A stretch of 32,000 nucleotides of DNA, from contig NZ_LN831039.1 in assembly GCF_001457595.1 (NCBI RefSeq), forward strand, positions 4,050,001 through 4,082,000, in the 5' to 3' direction. The DNA is from Mycolicibacterium smegmatis (GTDB taxonomy: Bacteria > Actinomycetota > Actinomycetes > Mycobacteriales > Mycobacteriaceae). Below the pieces are notes generated by a model. The model searched no databases. It had not been told where the DNA came from and was given only the letters and a program-made list of their open reading frames with translations. Made by a program: the position numbers and the translations under genes. Below are positions 1 to 10,540 of the stretch, piece by piece (the first letter of the stretch is position 1; every line of letters starts with the position of its first letter).

Positions 1-452
1 GGCCGCTCGATGAGCGGGACGCCGTGACGACGGGCGAACGCGCCGAAGAACGCGCGTGATGCGGCGTTACCCGGGGACACGGTGGCCTCCACTGTGATCG
101 GTCGCCCACCGCGATCGGAGCGCACGCGCTGCACCAGATCGTCGATCATCGCGCTGGCCAGCCCTGTGCCCTGCGCGCTGGGCGCCACCGCGACCTGCCA
201 GACGAACAACACGTCCGGCCGTGGCGGCGGGTGGTAACCAGTGATGAAACCCTGCAGGTCACCATCACATTCGGCGACGATCGACGTCGCGGAAAAATCC
301 GTCGCCAGCAAAAGATAGGCGTAAGTGGAATTCAGATCGAGCACTTCCGTGGCCTCCGCGATGTCACGGATGCCGATTGCGTCGTCGCCCTGCGGCGGAC
401 GCAAATTCAGGGTCCGGGATTTGCGCCCCGGCGCGCTTTCCAGAACATGCAT
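1..452 (-). CDS. ectA: L-2,4-diaminobutyrate acetyltransferase (EctA-like GNAT); 3' end runs off the window
   Basis: Minus-strand frame open from ATG at 452 to the window edge. It is absent from the ORF track because no stop lies in the window. Hand translation: MHVLESAPGRKSRTLNLRPPQGDDAIGIRDIAEATEVLDLNSTYAYLLLATDFSATSIVAECDGDLQGFITGYHPPPRPDVLFVWQVAVAPSAQGTGLASAMIDDLV... This shows the EctA-type pattern (LDLNSxYxYLLL, LFVWQVAV, QGxGLA). An in-frame TAA lies upstream of the ATG. Confidence 0.7.
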   Translation of the reverse strand, partial: MHVLESAPGRKSRTLNLRPPQGDDAIGIRDIAEATEVLDLNSTYAYLLLATDFSATSIVAECDGDLQGFITGYHPPPRPDVLFVWQVAVAPSAQGTGLASAMIDDLVQRVRSDRGGRPITVEATVSPGNAASRAFFGAFARRHGVPLIER

Positions 453-771
453 ATCGAGTTGAAACTCACCACCGAACAGTTAGCGAACATCGTCAGTACA
501 AGTCATCGGTGCCATGAACCGTAATCACATCGGGACAGCAGGATCAACCACCCCAAACGCGTTCCTCGGCGGAATCCGCGTCGCCACATGATGTTTGATC
601 TGCGGTTATGTCGCGTTTCCACGCGCGGTGAACAAGATCGCCGTCGTTATCGAATCGTTATATTCGCACGACCGTACTACTTCTGGACGCCCGCCGGATA
701 TCGTGGGATTTGTCACCGAAAAGCGCCGGGCAACGGTGTTTGACGTTGCGCTGCGGGGGTATGAGCCAGCA

Positions 772-836
772 CCGCGAGCGTGCGTGTCTGCTGCTGAAAA
801 TACGGCGCGTCGGCAACATTTTGCGCACGCTCGCGG
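772..836. repeat. Palindromic intergenic element, copy 1
   Basis: Perfect 13-bp inverted arms CCGCGAGCGTGCG (772-784) and CGCACGCTCGCGG (824-836) around a 39-nt spacer that starts tgtCTGCTGCTG. The arms are near-identical to those of the element at 1342-1406. Confidence 0.6.
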
Positions 837-1341
837 CCGATGAGAGTGCGCGATCATCGCGATTTTCGACAGCGTCAGAATTTGCCGACGAGGGTGAGGG
901 CGACGTTGCCCGAATGACGTGTCAGTGTCGCGAGCTCCACGCGCACGCAGATTCGCTCGTGACACGGGCATCCCCGACGGGTCGCACCCTGGGATGGGAT
1001 ACGTTGGGCGACCGGGTGTTTCGTGAGCGGTGGGGAGGACGGAATCACGGGCGCACCCGGATACCCCGGTCTTTCCGGTGAGGCAGGCAACGCCATGGCC
1101 GGACGCGCAGTGGCCGGCTCACGGCCACCCGGTGCCGAATCTGGCCGCGTTCGACGCGGCTCCTGGACGGCTCACGGGACGAGCGCACGCTGCGCGCGCT
1201 ACCAACCCGGACCCAGCGCGATGGCCCTGAGACACGTCAGCGCCGGCGCGATCGCCATGGTCGACGCCGACGGACTCGCGGTCGCGAAGCTTGCTCGTCG
1301 GGCAGTTCATCGAGAACTTGGACCGCCTTGCCTTGAATAGC

Positions 1342-1406
1342 CCACGAGCGTGCGCGAACTGCTGACGAATCCCGGCGTGCCGGGCAGCAGACGCGCACGC
1401 TCGTGG
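1342..1406. terminator. Palindromic element, copy 2; probable intrinsic terminator downstream of mpa
   Basis: Perfect 15-bp arms CCACGAGCGTGCGCG (1342-1356) and CGCGCACGCTCGTGG (1392-1406). Nested pairs: CTGCTG (1359-1364)/CAGCAG (1385-1390) and CCCGGC (1371-1376)/GCCGGG (1379-1384). The right arm ends 13 nt from the mpa stop codon (1420-1422). No U-tract. Confidence 0.55.
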
Positions 1407-1419
1407 TGCAGCGCGGGTC

Positions 1420-3261
1420 CTACAGGTACTGGCCCAGGTTGCTCTCGGTGTCGATGGCGCGGCTGGCGCTCGACGACTTGCCGGTGACGAGCGTGCGGAT
1501 GTAGACGATCCGCTCGCCCTTCTTGCCCGAGATCCGGGCCCAGTCATCGGGATTGGTCGTGTTGGGCAGGTCCTCGTTCTCGGCGAACTCGTCGACGATC
1601 GAGTCCAGCAGGTGCTGGATCCGCAGACCCTTCTGACCGGTCTCCAGCACCGACTTGATCGCGTACTTCTTGGCCCGGTCGACGACGTTCTGGATCATCG
1701 CGCCCGAGTTGAAGTCCTTGAAGTACATGACCTCTTTGTCGCCGTTGGCGTAGGTCACCTCGAGGAACCGGTTGTCGTCGATCTCGGCGTACATCCGGTC
1801 GACGACCTTCTCGATCATCGCCTTGATGCACAGCGCACGGTCACCGTTGAACTCCGTGAGATCGTCGGCGTGCACCGGCAGGTCCTCGGTGAGGTACTTG
1901 CTGAAGATGTCCTGCGCGGCCTCAGCATCCGGACGCTCGATCTTGATCTTGACGTCCAGGCGGCCGGGCCGCAGGATCGCCGGATCGATCATGTCCTCGC
2001 GGTTGGAGGCGCCGATCACGATGACGTTCTCCAGGCCCTCGACACCGTCGATCTCCGAAAGGAGCTGCGGCACAACCGTCGTCTCCACATCGGAGCTCAC
2101 GCCGGTGCCGCGGGTACGGAAGATCGAGTCCATCTCGTCGAAGAACACGATCACCGGGGTGCCCTCGGAGGCCTTCTCGCGTGCACGCTGGAAGATCAGC
2201 CGGATGTGACGCTCGGTCTCACCGACGAACTTGTTCAGCAGCTCGGGGCCCTTGATGTTGAGGAAGTAGCTCTTGGCCTCGCGGGCGTCGTCGCCGCGGA
2301 CCTCAGCCATCTTCTTCGCCAGCGAATTGGCCACGGCCTTGGCGATCAGCGTCTTACCGCAACCTGGCGGGCCGTAGAGCAGCACACCCTTGGGCGGACG
2401 CAGCGAGTACTCCTTGTACAGGTCCTTGTGCAGGAACGGCAGCTCGACCGCGTCGCGGATCTGCTCGATCTGCCGGCCCAGGCCGCCGATGTCGTTGTAG
2501 CTGACGTCGGGCACCTCTTCGAGCACGAGGTCCTCGACCTCGGCCTTGGGGATGCGCTCGAACGCGTACCCGGCCTTGGTGTCGACCAGCAGCGAGTCGC
2601 CCGGGCGCAGCTTGCGCGGCCGGCTGTCGTCGAAGTAGTCGGTGGGCTCGTCGGGCAGGTCCTTGGCCGCCACGAGGGGCTCTGCCAGCCAGACGATGCG
2701 CTCTTCGTCGGCATGGCCCACCACGAGTGCGCGGTGGCCGTCGGCCAGGATCTCGCGAAGCGTGCTGATCTCACCCACGGCCTCGAAGTTGCCGGCCTCG
2801 ACCACGGTCAGCGCCTCGTTGAGGCGGACGGTCTGGCCCTGCTTGAGCTCCTTGACCTCGATGTTGGGTGAGCAAGTCAGCCGCATCTTGCGGCCCGACG
2901 TGAACACGTCGACCGTGTCGTCGTCGTGCGTCGCGAGCAGCACGCCGTAACCGCTCGGCGGCTGACCGAGGCGGTCGACCTCCTCACGCAGGGCGAGCAG
3001 CTGCTGGCGGGCTTCCTTGAGGGTGTCCATCAACTTGGCATTGCGGGCCGCAAGGGAGTCGATCCGCGCTTCGAGCTGATGTACGTCGCGGGCACTTCGC
3101 AAACCACTCTGCGGTCCCACCGCGTTTTCCAACTGCTCGCGCAGCATCGCGGCCTCCCGGCGTAATGCCTCCAGCTCGGCGGCATCTTCGCTGGAGAGGG
3201 AAGCTGACCCCGCTCCGGCGAAACCCTCGGGAAAACCTTCCGAACGCTCTGACTCACTCAT
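1420..3261 (-). CDS. mpa: Proteasome-associated AAA+ ATPase Mpa/ARC
   Basis: Walker A GPPGCGKT, Walker [10 protein letters not shown], an N-terminal coiled-coil ([18 protein letters not shown]) and the C-terminal ...NLGQYL tail typical of Mpa. Start placed at ATG 3261 (MSESERSEG) rather than the ORF-track start at 3285. Confidence 0.95.
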   Translation of the reverse strand: MSESERSEGFPEGFAGAGSASLSSEDAAELEALRREAAMLREQLENAVGPQSGLRSARDVHQLEARIDSLAARNAKLMDTLKEARQQLLALREEVDRLGQPPSGYGVLLATHDDDTVDVFTSGRKMRLTCSPNIEVKELKQGQTVRLNEALTVVEAGNFEAVGEISTLREILADGHRALVVGHADEERIVWLAEPLVAAKDLPDEPTDYFDDSRPRKLRPGDSLLVDTKAGYAFERIPKAEVEDLVLEEVPDVSYNDIGGLGRQIEQIRDAVELPFLHKDLYKEYSLRPPKGVLLYGPPGCGKTLIAKAVANSLAKKMAEVRGDDAREAKSYFLNIKGPELLNKFVGETERHIRLIFQRAREKASEGTPVIVFFDEMDSIFRTRGTGVSSDVETTVVPQLLSEIDGVEGLENVIVIGASNREDMIDPAILRPGRLDVKIKIERPDAEAAQDIFSKYLTEDLPVHADDLTEFNGDRALCIKAMIEKVVDRMYAEIDDNRFLEVTYANGDKEVMYFKDFNSGAMIQNVVDRAKKYAIKSVLETGQKGLRIQHLLDSIVDEFAENEDLPNTTNPDDWARISGKKGERIVYIRTLVTGKSSSASRAIDTESNLGQYL

Positions 3262-3406
3262 ATTGCGCTCCCTCCCGCACCGCAAGTTGGTGCAGTAACA
3301 ACTTCAACGCTACCGGCGATTCAGCCTTTGTGTGTGGTCTAGGAACTCGACACACCAGCACCGCTGTTAACCTCTCTGTTCAGTAGGTCCGATCGAAAGG
3401 ACAGTC

Positions 3407-3910
3407 GTGACCCCGAAATCCCTCGTTACCGGCTTCATCACCGCAGCTGCAGCGGCCGCTGTGGTGAGCGGCGCAGCGGCGGGTGTGACTTCCATTGCAT
3501 CCAGCGGTATGTCGACGTCACCGGCAATTCAGCCGGTCGTGTTCGGCGCGCCGCTGCCCCAGCAGCCGGCTCCTGAGCTCGAAGCCCCGCTGATCCAGAC
3601 GTTGCAGGCACTCGCCTCCGGCGGATCGTTCAGCGGAAAGGCGCCCTACATCCAGGGCGGCATCGGGCGTGTCGAGAGCATCGCCGCCGACCGCGCGTAC
3701 AACCGTGCCGCGGCCGACGGCAAGTTCCCGCTGACGTTCACCGTGAACAACGTCGACCAGCAGGGCCCGGTGGCCTACGCCGACGTGACGGCGACGGCCG
3801 CGACCGGTGGCACCGCCACCCAGAACATCCAGTTCGTGGCGGGCCCCAGCCCGACCGGTTGGCAGATCTCGAAGGGATCGGCCCTGTCGCTGCTGTCGTC
3901 TGTCGGCTGA
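3407..3910 (+). CDS. Exported protein, MTB12/LppK-like fold suspected
   Basis: GTG start preceded by GAAAGGA. The N-terminus is hydrophobic (LVTGFITAAAAAAVVSGAAAG). The C-terminal part (FPLTFTVNNVDQQGPVAYADVTATAATGG...QFVAGPSPTGWQISKGSALSLL) parallels the C-terminal part of the next gene. Confidence 0.65.
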   Translation: MTPKSLVTGFITAAAAAAVVSGAAAGVTSIASSGMSTSPAIQPVVFGAPLPQQPAPELEAPLIQTLQALASGGSFSGKAPYIQGGIGRVESIAADRAYNRAAADGKFPLTFTVNNVDQQGPVAYADVTATAATGGTATQNIQFVAGPSPTGWQISKGSALSLLSSVG

Positions 3911-3918
3911 GGCGGTCG

Positions 3919-4482
3919 TTGAACCGGAACCGAATCGCAGTCCTGAGTGCCGCCACGGTCACCGTGGCGGCACTCGGGCTATCGGGATGCGGTGGCGACG
4001 ACCGGCAGGCCGACAAGCCCGTCACGGTGCCGTCGACGTCGGCGGTCGTGACCACGCCCGCTCCGCCGCCCGCGCACCCACTGCCGGCCCCGGAGGCGCT
4101 CACCGGGGTGCTGTACCGCCTGGCCGACGTCAACGTGCCCGGCGCCGAGAAGGTCGGGCTGGTCGAGCAGGCCACCCCGGACGACGCCGAGGCCCTCGAC
4201 AAGTTCGGGCGGGCGTTGGCCGACAACGGCTTCACGCCGCTGAATTTCGAAGCCACCGACCTGGCGTGGTCGGAGAACGACTCCGGCAACGTCATCGCGA
4301 CCATCCACGTGACCGCCGGCGAGGGCGATGCGCCCGGGCAGTTCACATTCCCGATGGAGTTCACGCCGAAGGGCCCCGACTGGCAGTTGACGCGCAATAC
4401 CGCCGACATGCTGCTGGAGATGGGTGCCGCGGCCGGTGGCGGGCAGTCTGAGCCGGCAACGACGCCGACGCCGACGCCCTGA
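3919..4482 (+). CDS. lppK: Lipoprotein, LppK-like
   Basis: Lipobox AALGLSGC follows a basic N-terminus (MNRNRIAVLSAATVTVAALGLSGCGG) if the in-frame TTG at 3919 is used; the ORF-track start at 3859 overlaps the upstream gene. Position between mpa and the DUF503 gene matches Rv2116. The C-terminus is a TPTPTP tail. Confidence 0.75.
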   Translation: MNRNRIAVLSAATVTVAALGLSGCGGDDRQADKPVTVPSTSAVVTTPAPPPAHPLPAPEALTGVLYRLADVNVPGAEKVGLVEQATPDDAEALDKFGRALADNGFTPLNFEATDLAWSENDSGNVIATIHVTAGEGDAPGQFTFPMEFTPKGPDWQLTRNTADMLLEMGAAAGGGQSEPATTPTPTP

Positions 4483-4487
4483 AGCCC

Positions 4488-4781
4488 ATGTGGATCGGGT
4501 GGCTGGAGTGCGATGTGCTGCTCGGTGATGTGCGCTCGCTCAAGCAGAAGCGCTCGCTGATCCGGCCGGTGATCGCCGAGCTGCGACGCAAACTCGCCGT
4601 GTCGGCGGCCGAGACCGGCATGCAGGATCTGCTCCGTCGTTCCAACATCGGGGTCGCGGTCGTGTCGGCCGACCACTCACACGTCGTGGATCTGCTCGAC
4701 GCGGCCGAACGCATGGTGGCCGCGCACCCCGAGCTCGAGTTGTTGTCGACGCGGCGCGGTCTGCACCGCAGCGACGACTAG
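4488..4781 (+). CDS. DUF503 family protein (Rv2117-like)
   Basis: 97 aa: MWIGWLECDVLLGDVRSLKQKRSLIRPVIAELRRK... This is a typical DUF503/YlxP-like N-terminus, and the synteny with Rv2117 fits. Confidence 0.8.
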   Translation: MWIGWLECDVLLGDVRSLKQKRSLIRPVIAELRRKLAVSAAETGMQDLLRRSNIGVAVVSADHSHVVDLLDAAERMVAAHPELELLSTRRGLHRSDD

Positions 4782-4786
4782 CAGAT

Positions 4787-6590
<1,804 letters not shown>

Positions 6591-6594
<4 letters not shown>

Positions 6595-7388
6595 TCGGTT
6601 GCCACTACCGGCGTCTGGGCACGGATGGCCAGTTCCAGCTGTTCGAGTCGACACCGGACACCCGCAGCAACTGGGACGAGAGCATCCAGCACGGCTCGCC
6701 ACCGCTCGCGCTGCTGACCAAGGCCATCGAGGAACTCATGGCAGGCTCCGGGCTGCGCGTCGGCCGCCTGACGCTCGACATCCTTGGCGCCATTCCAGTT
6801 GCGCCCGTGCGGGTTCGGACGTGGGTGGAGCGGCCCGGTTCCCGCATCTCGCTCGCGGTCGCGGAGATGGCCGCGGCTCGGCCCGACGGTGAATGGCGCG
6901 CCGTGGCCAAGGTCAGCGCCTGGCTGCTGGCCACCGGTGACACCAGCGACGTCACGACCGACCGGCACCCACCGCTGGTCGAGGGTGAGCCCGCCGACGT
7001 CCCGCACAACTGGGTGGGCGCGCCCGGATATCTCGACACCGTCACCTGGCGGCGCCAGGCGACGCCCGAAGGCGCGTCGGCCGAGGTGTGGATGAGCCCG
7101 CTCACCCCTGTGGTCGACGACGAGGAGACGACGGCACTGCAGCGGTTGGCGCTGGTGGTCGACTCGGCCAACGGCGTCGGTGCGGCACTGGATCCGAAAG
7201 AATTCATCTTCATGAACACCGACACCACCGTTCATCTGCACCGTCTGCCCGAGGGTTCCGATTTCGCGGTCCGCGCCCGCGGTTCGATCGGCCCGGACGG
7301 CATCGGGGTGACCACGGCAGAGATCTTCGACCGCAAGGGTTTCATCGGGACCTCCGCCCAGACCCTGCTGGTCATGCGCGCGCCGTGA
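6591..7388 (+). CDS. Thioesterase-like protein (TesB-like double hot-dog family suspected)
   Basis: 265 aa. Its ATG overlaps the upstream stop (ATGA at 6591-6594). Motifs such as IQHGSPPLALLTKA and FMNTDTTVHLHR recall mycobacterial 'thioesterase family protein' entries. Family call is from memory only. Confidence 0.55.
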
Positions 7389-7891
7389 TCGAGCAGATCC
7401 GGCGCCAGTTCGACCTCGCGTGGGCCTTGGCCGACCTGCACCTCGCGGCGCTCGATGACGACGATCTCTTCTGGGAGCCTGCCCCTTTGATGTGGACGGT
7501 GCATCGCGACGAGTGCGGACGTTGGTGGCCCGACTGGAGGGACACCGAGCCCGATCCCATTCCCGTCCCGACGATCGCGTGGACGACGTGGCACGTGATC
7601 TTCTGGTGGTCGACGGCCCTGGCGCACGTTCGCGGTCTCACGCCACCGGAGCGCACGTCGATCTCCTGGCCCGGATTCGAGGGCGCCGTCGCACGGATCC
7701 GGGAGCTCGGCGAGCAGTGGCGTGGTCTGCTCGCGACGTTGTCCGACGCGGATCTCGCTGCGCCCGCTACGTTTCCGTGGGGTGAGGAATCAGGCCACAC
7801 CGTTGCCGACACCGTGCTGTGGCTCAACGTTGAGCTCACCAAGAACGCGGCCGAGATCGGTCAGCTGCGGATGCTGCGTGCCGCTCACTGA
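7385..7891 (+). CDS. DinB-family (DinB_2-like) four-helix-bundle protein
   Basis: GTG at 7385 overlaps the upstream stop (GTGA). The product is about 168 aa with spaced His residues (WTVHRDE, WTTWHVIFWW, ...AEIGQLRMLRAAH), typical of DinB-like metal-binding bundles. Confidence 0.65.
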   Translation: MIEQIRRQFDLAWALADLHLAALDDDDLFWEPAPLMWTVHRDECGRWWPDWRDTEPDPIPVPTIAWTTWHVIFWWSTALAHVRGLTPPERTSISWPGFEGAVARIRELGEQWRGLLATLSDADLAAPATFPWGEESGHTVADTVLWLNVELTKNAAEIGQLRMLRAAH

Positions 7892-8423
7892 CGCTCGGGT
7901 GTGAGCCGCAGTACCGGGATCTCACGGATTCCCTTGGTGTGCGCGCGGCATATGAGCTGAAGTTCGACGCGTACTGCTCAGCGAGCGCGTACAAGCGGTC
8001 GTGGTCGGAACCCTCGGTGGGCCGCGCGACGAACGTGCCGCCGCTGTTCGGGTTCCCCTCGGCGAACAACTGGCACCGCGGGTTCGCGATCAGGTTGTGG
8101 TACCACGCCGGGTGTTTGGTCTGCCCGTAATTGGAGGCGATCAGCACGACGTCGTCTCCGTCGGTGAAATACGCGAGGGTCACCTCCCGCTCTACACCGG
8201 ATTTCGCCCCCTTGGTGCGCAGCAGCACCAGCGGCATGACGCCCCGACCGAAGTGCACGCGCCCGCCGGTCAGGTGCATGAGCCGTTTGTCTGCGGGCGC
8301 CATGAGGTGGCGGTGCAGTGCCGAGCCCAGTTCCGTCGACAGGATCCAGCCCGCCGCTCGCCGCATCAGCGTCGGCTTACGCGTCGGATCCACGCGGGGT
8401 ATGCCGTTCAACAGGTCGGCCAT
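7836..8423 (-). CDS. Deazaflavin (F420H2)-dependent nitroreductase-family oxidoreductase; 3' end apparently frameshifted
   Basis: Core pattern GGRV...PLVLLRTKGAKSGVEREVTLAYFTDGDDVVLIASNYGQTKHPAWYHNLIANP is typical of the Ddn-like family. After ...SSYAAR the listed frame gives unrelated sequence and overlaps the DinB gene by 56 nt. Another frame reads TKGIREIPVLRLTPERQ* (stop at 7885-7887), which is the family-typical C-terminus. Confidence 0.8.
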   Translation of the reverse strand: MADLLNGIPRVDPTRKPTLMRRAAGWILSTELGSALHRHLMAPADKRLMHLTGGRVHFGRGVMPLVLLRTKGAKSGVEREVTLAYFTDGDDVVLIASNYGQTKHPAWYHNLIANPRCQLFAEGNPNSGGTFVARPTEGSDHDRLYALAEQYASNFSSYAARTPRESVRSRYCGSHPSVSERHAASAADRSRPRSW

Positions 8424-8485
8424 CGGCCGAATGCTACTCGGGTGGCACTGCCGCCAGCGCAGCTTTCACCCACGCGTCTGTGCGC

Positions 8486-8737
8486 TCACGCAAGCTGCAT
8501 CTGCTCGGTGCCGTGGGCAGCAGCCCACGCGACATTGGCGTGAGCCCAGCCCGCCGAAGCATCGGTCATGGCAAGGGTTTCGCTGACCTCGACGACCGTG
8601 CGCGGCGCAACCGCATAGCCGCCGAAGCGGCGCGGCGTGAGCATCCGGAAGAGGCCTGCCTGCGTCAGCGCGTCGATCACCTCATCGGGGCGACGTCGAT
8701 TGATGTCCCCGGCATGACGAGCCAACAGCGGCTGCAA
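8486..8737 (-). pseudogene. N-terminal fragment of an acyl-CoA dehydrogenase-fold / flavin monooxygenase gene
   Basis: 83 aa: ...INRRRPDEVIDALTQAGLFRMLTPRRFGGYAVAPRTVVEVSETLAMTDASAGW... This matches only the first ~80 residues of ~390-aa ACAD-type proteins. Only 62 nt separate its stop from the next gene, so the remainder is absent. Confidence 0.6.
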
Positions 8738-8781
8738 TGCCCTTGCCCTGCGACCAACTCGCCGCGGGTCACCGTGTCCCG

Positions 8782-9345
8782 TCAGAAGGCGACGCTCGCA
8801 CCGCCGTCGACCACGAAGTTGTGGCCGTTGACCATGCCTGCGCCCTCACCCGCAAGGTAGAGCACCGTCGAGGTGACGTCATCAAAGGTGGCCAAGCGGC
8901 GAGTGGGAATCCGCTCGATCACCTGCGCCCTCGCCGCGTCAGGCCACGTGGCCCGCGACATCGGTGTGTCGACGAGTGTCGGGGACGCGCAGTTCACCGT
9001 GACACCGTGCGGGCCCCATTCTGCGGCCAGAACACGGGACATCCCGAGGATGCCGGCCTTGGCCGCCGAGTAGGCAACGTGCCCGCCGATGCCCTGAATG
9101 GCGTTCTGGGATGCGATGTTGACGACTCTCCCCCATCCACGATCGACCATCCCGCGCCCGAATTCCCTGGTACACAGGAAAACTCCACGCAGGTTGGTGG
9201 CCATCGTCGTATCCCAGTCGGTGGTGGTGTATTCCGTAGCCGGCGCGAGCAGAGCAACCGCGGCGTTGTTGACCAACACATCCACCGAACCCAGTTCGGC
9301 GTCGATCTTCCGCGCGCCGTCGGAGATCGACGGCTCCGACGACAC
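8782..9345 (-). pseudogene. Short-chain dehydrogenase/reductase lacking its N-terminal Rossmann segment
   Basis: 187 aa. It begins just before the LVNNAAV motif and contains YSAAK and the C-terminal GxxFVVDGG. The TGxxxGxG segment (about 60 aa) is missing. The frame is closed by a TGA at 9373-9375, and the opposite-strand hydrolase gene starts at 9392. Confidence 0.65.
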
Positions 9346-9391
9346 GTACCCCTCGACGAATAATCGCGCCCGTCACATCGTTGGGATCGAT

Positions 9392-10540
9392 GTGAACGTC
9401 TCCGTCCAAGGGCATTGCGACGCCCGATTCGACAAAGTCGCCGAGGCGCTGGGCCAGGCGATCGAGAGCGGCGACGAGGTCGGGGCCGCCATCGCCGTCG
9501 ACATCGACGGTGAACTCGTCGTCGACATCTGGGGTGGGTACGCCGACGCTGCCGGCACCCGGCCGTGGCGCGCGGACACCATCGTCAACGTGTGGTCCTC
9601 GACGAAGACCGTGACCGCGCTGGCCGGCCTCATGCTGATCGATCGCGGACTGATCGAACCCACGACGCCGGTCGCGCAGGTGTGGCCGGAGTTCGCCGCG
9701 AACGGCAAAGAGTCCGTGGAGTTTCGGCACCTGCTCAGCCACTCGTCGGGGTTGTCCGGCTGGGAGCGGATCGACCGCATCGAGGATCTCTACGACTGGG
9801 ATTTGTCGACGGCCAGGCTGGCCGCTCAGGCGCCGTGGTGGGAACCAGGATCGGCGTCGGGATACCACGCGATGACCTTCGGCCACCTCGTCGGCGAGGT
9901 GGTGCGACGCGTCACGGGTCGCACCCTCAAGCAGTTCGTCGCCGACGAGATCGCCGCACCGCTGAACGCCGACTTCCAGATCGGCGCACGGCCGCAGGAC
10001 GCGGAGCGCATCGCCGAGGTCGTCCCGGCCGACAACCCGATGGAGGGGCTTCCACCGGCGGAAACCTGGACCGAGCAGATGGTGAAAACCTTCGGCGGTT
10101 TCTTCCCCGATCCGGCGGCCGCCAACACCGACGCGTGGCGCGCGGCCGACTTCGGCGCGGTCAACGGGCACACTACTGCACGCGCGCTCGCGCGCATCCT
10201 GTCGTCGATCTCGTTGGGTGGCACGGTCGACGGAGTGCGCCTGCTGCGTCCCGAGACCGTGGAGAAGGTGTTCGAGGCGCAGATCGAGGGCCCTGACCTC
10301 GTCATCGCACGCCATCCGGTGAAGTGGGGCCTCGGATTCGGGTTACCGGAACCCACCACCCTTCCGCACATCCCGGACGGCAAGATCTGCCACTGGGGCG
10401 GATGGGGCGGTTCGTGGGAGACCATGAACCCCGACAAACGAGCCACCGTCGCCTACGTGATGAACAAGATGGGGTCGGGGCTGCTGGGTAGTGACCGTAC
10501 CGAACGCTATTTCACGCTCATCTACGACGCGTTACGCTGA
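9392..10540 (+). CDS. Serine hydrolase, beta-lactamase/esterase (class C-related) family
   Basis: SxxK motif in VWSSTKTVTALAGLMLIDRG; N-terminal VQGHCDARFDKVAEA typical of EstB-like esterases; YHAMTFGHLVGEVVRRVTG; C-terminal HWGGWGGS. Start placed at GTG 9392; the ORF-track start at 9098 lies inside the SDR fragment. Confidence 0.8.
   Translation: MNVSVQGHCDARFDKVAEALGQAIESGDEVGAAIAVDIDGELVVDIWGGYADAAGTRPWRADTIVNVWSSTKTVTALAGLMLIDRGLIEPTTPVAQVWPEFAANGKESVEFRHLLSHSSGLSGWERIDRIEDLYDWDLSTARLAAQAPWWEPGSASGYHAMTFGHLVGEVVRRVTGRTLKQFVADEIAAPLNADFQIGARPQDAERIAEVVPADNPMEGLPPAETWTEQMVKTFGGFFPDPAAANTDAWRAADFGAVNGHTTARALARILSSISLGGTVDGVRLLRPETVEKVFEAQIEGPDLVIARHPVKWGLGFGLPEPTTLPHIPDGKICHWGGWGGSWETMNPDKRATVAYVMNKMGSGLLGSDRTERYFTLIYDALR

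Noticed and set aside
1612-2871. 419-aa plus-strand ORF (and other long ORFs) antisense to mpa
   Set aside because: The product is a Leu/Val/Asp/Arg-rich translation typical of the antisense frame of a high-GC gene. The mpa frame on the other strand has unambiguous motifs.
4455-4478. (ACGCCG)n short tandem repeat
   Set aside because: It is only about three units and encodes the TPTPTP tail of the lipoprotein. This is an ordinary low-complexity linker, not a VNTR-scale repeat.
8939-10315. 458-aa minus-strand ORF spanning the SDR fragment and the hydrolase gene
   Set aside because: It is Arg/Gly/Asp-rich with no motifs and is antisense to a well-supported SxxK hydrolase. It is a high-GC open-frame artefact.
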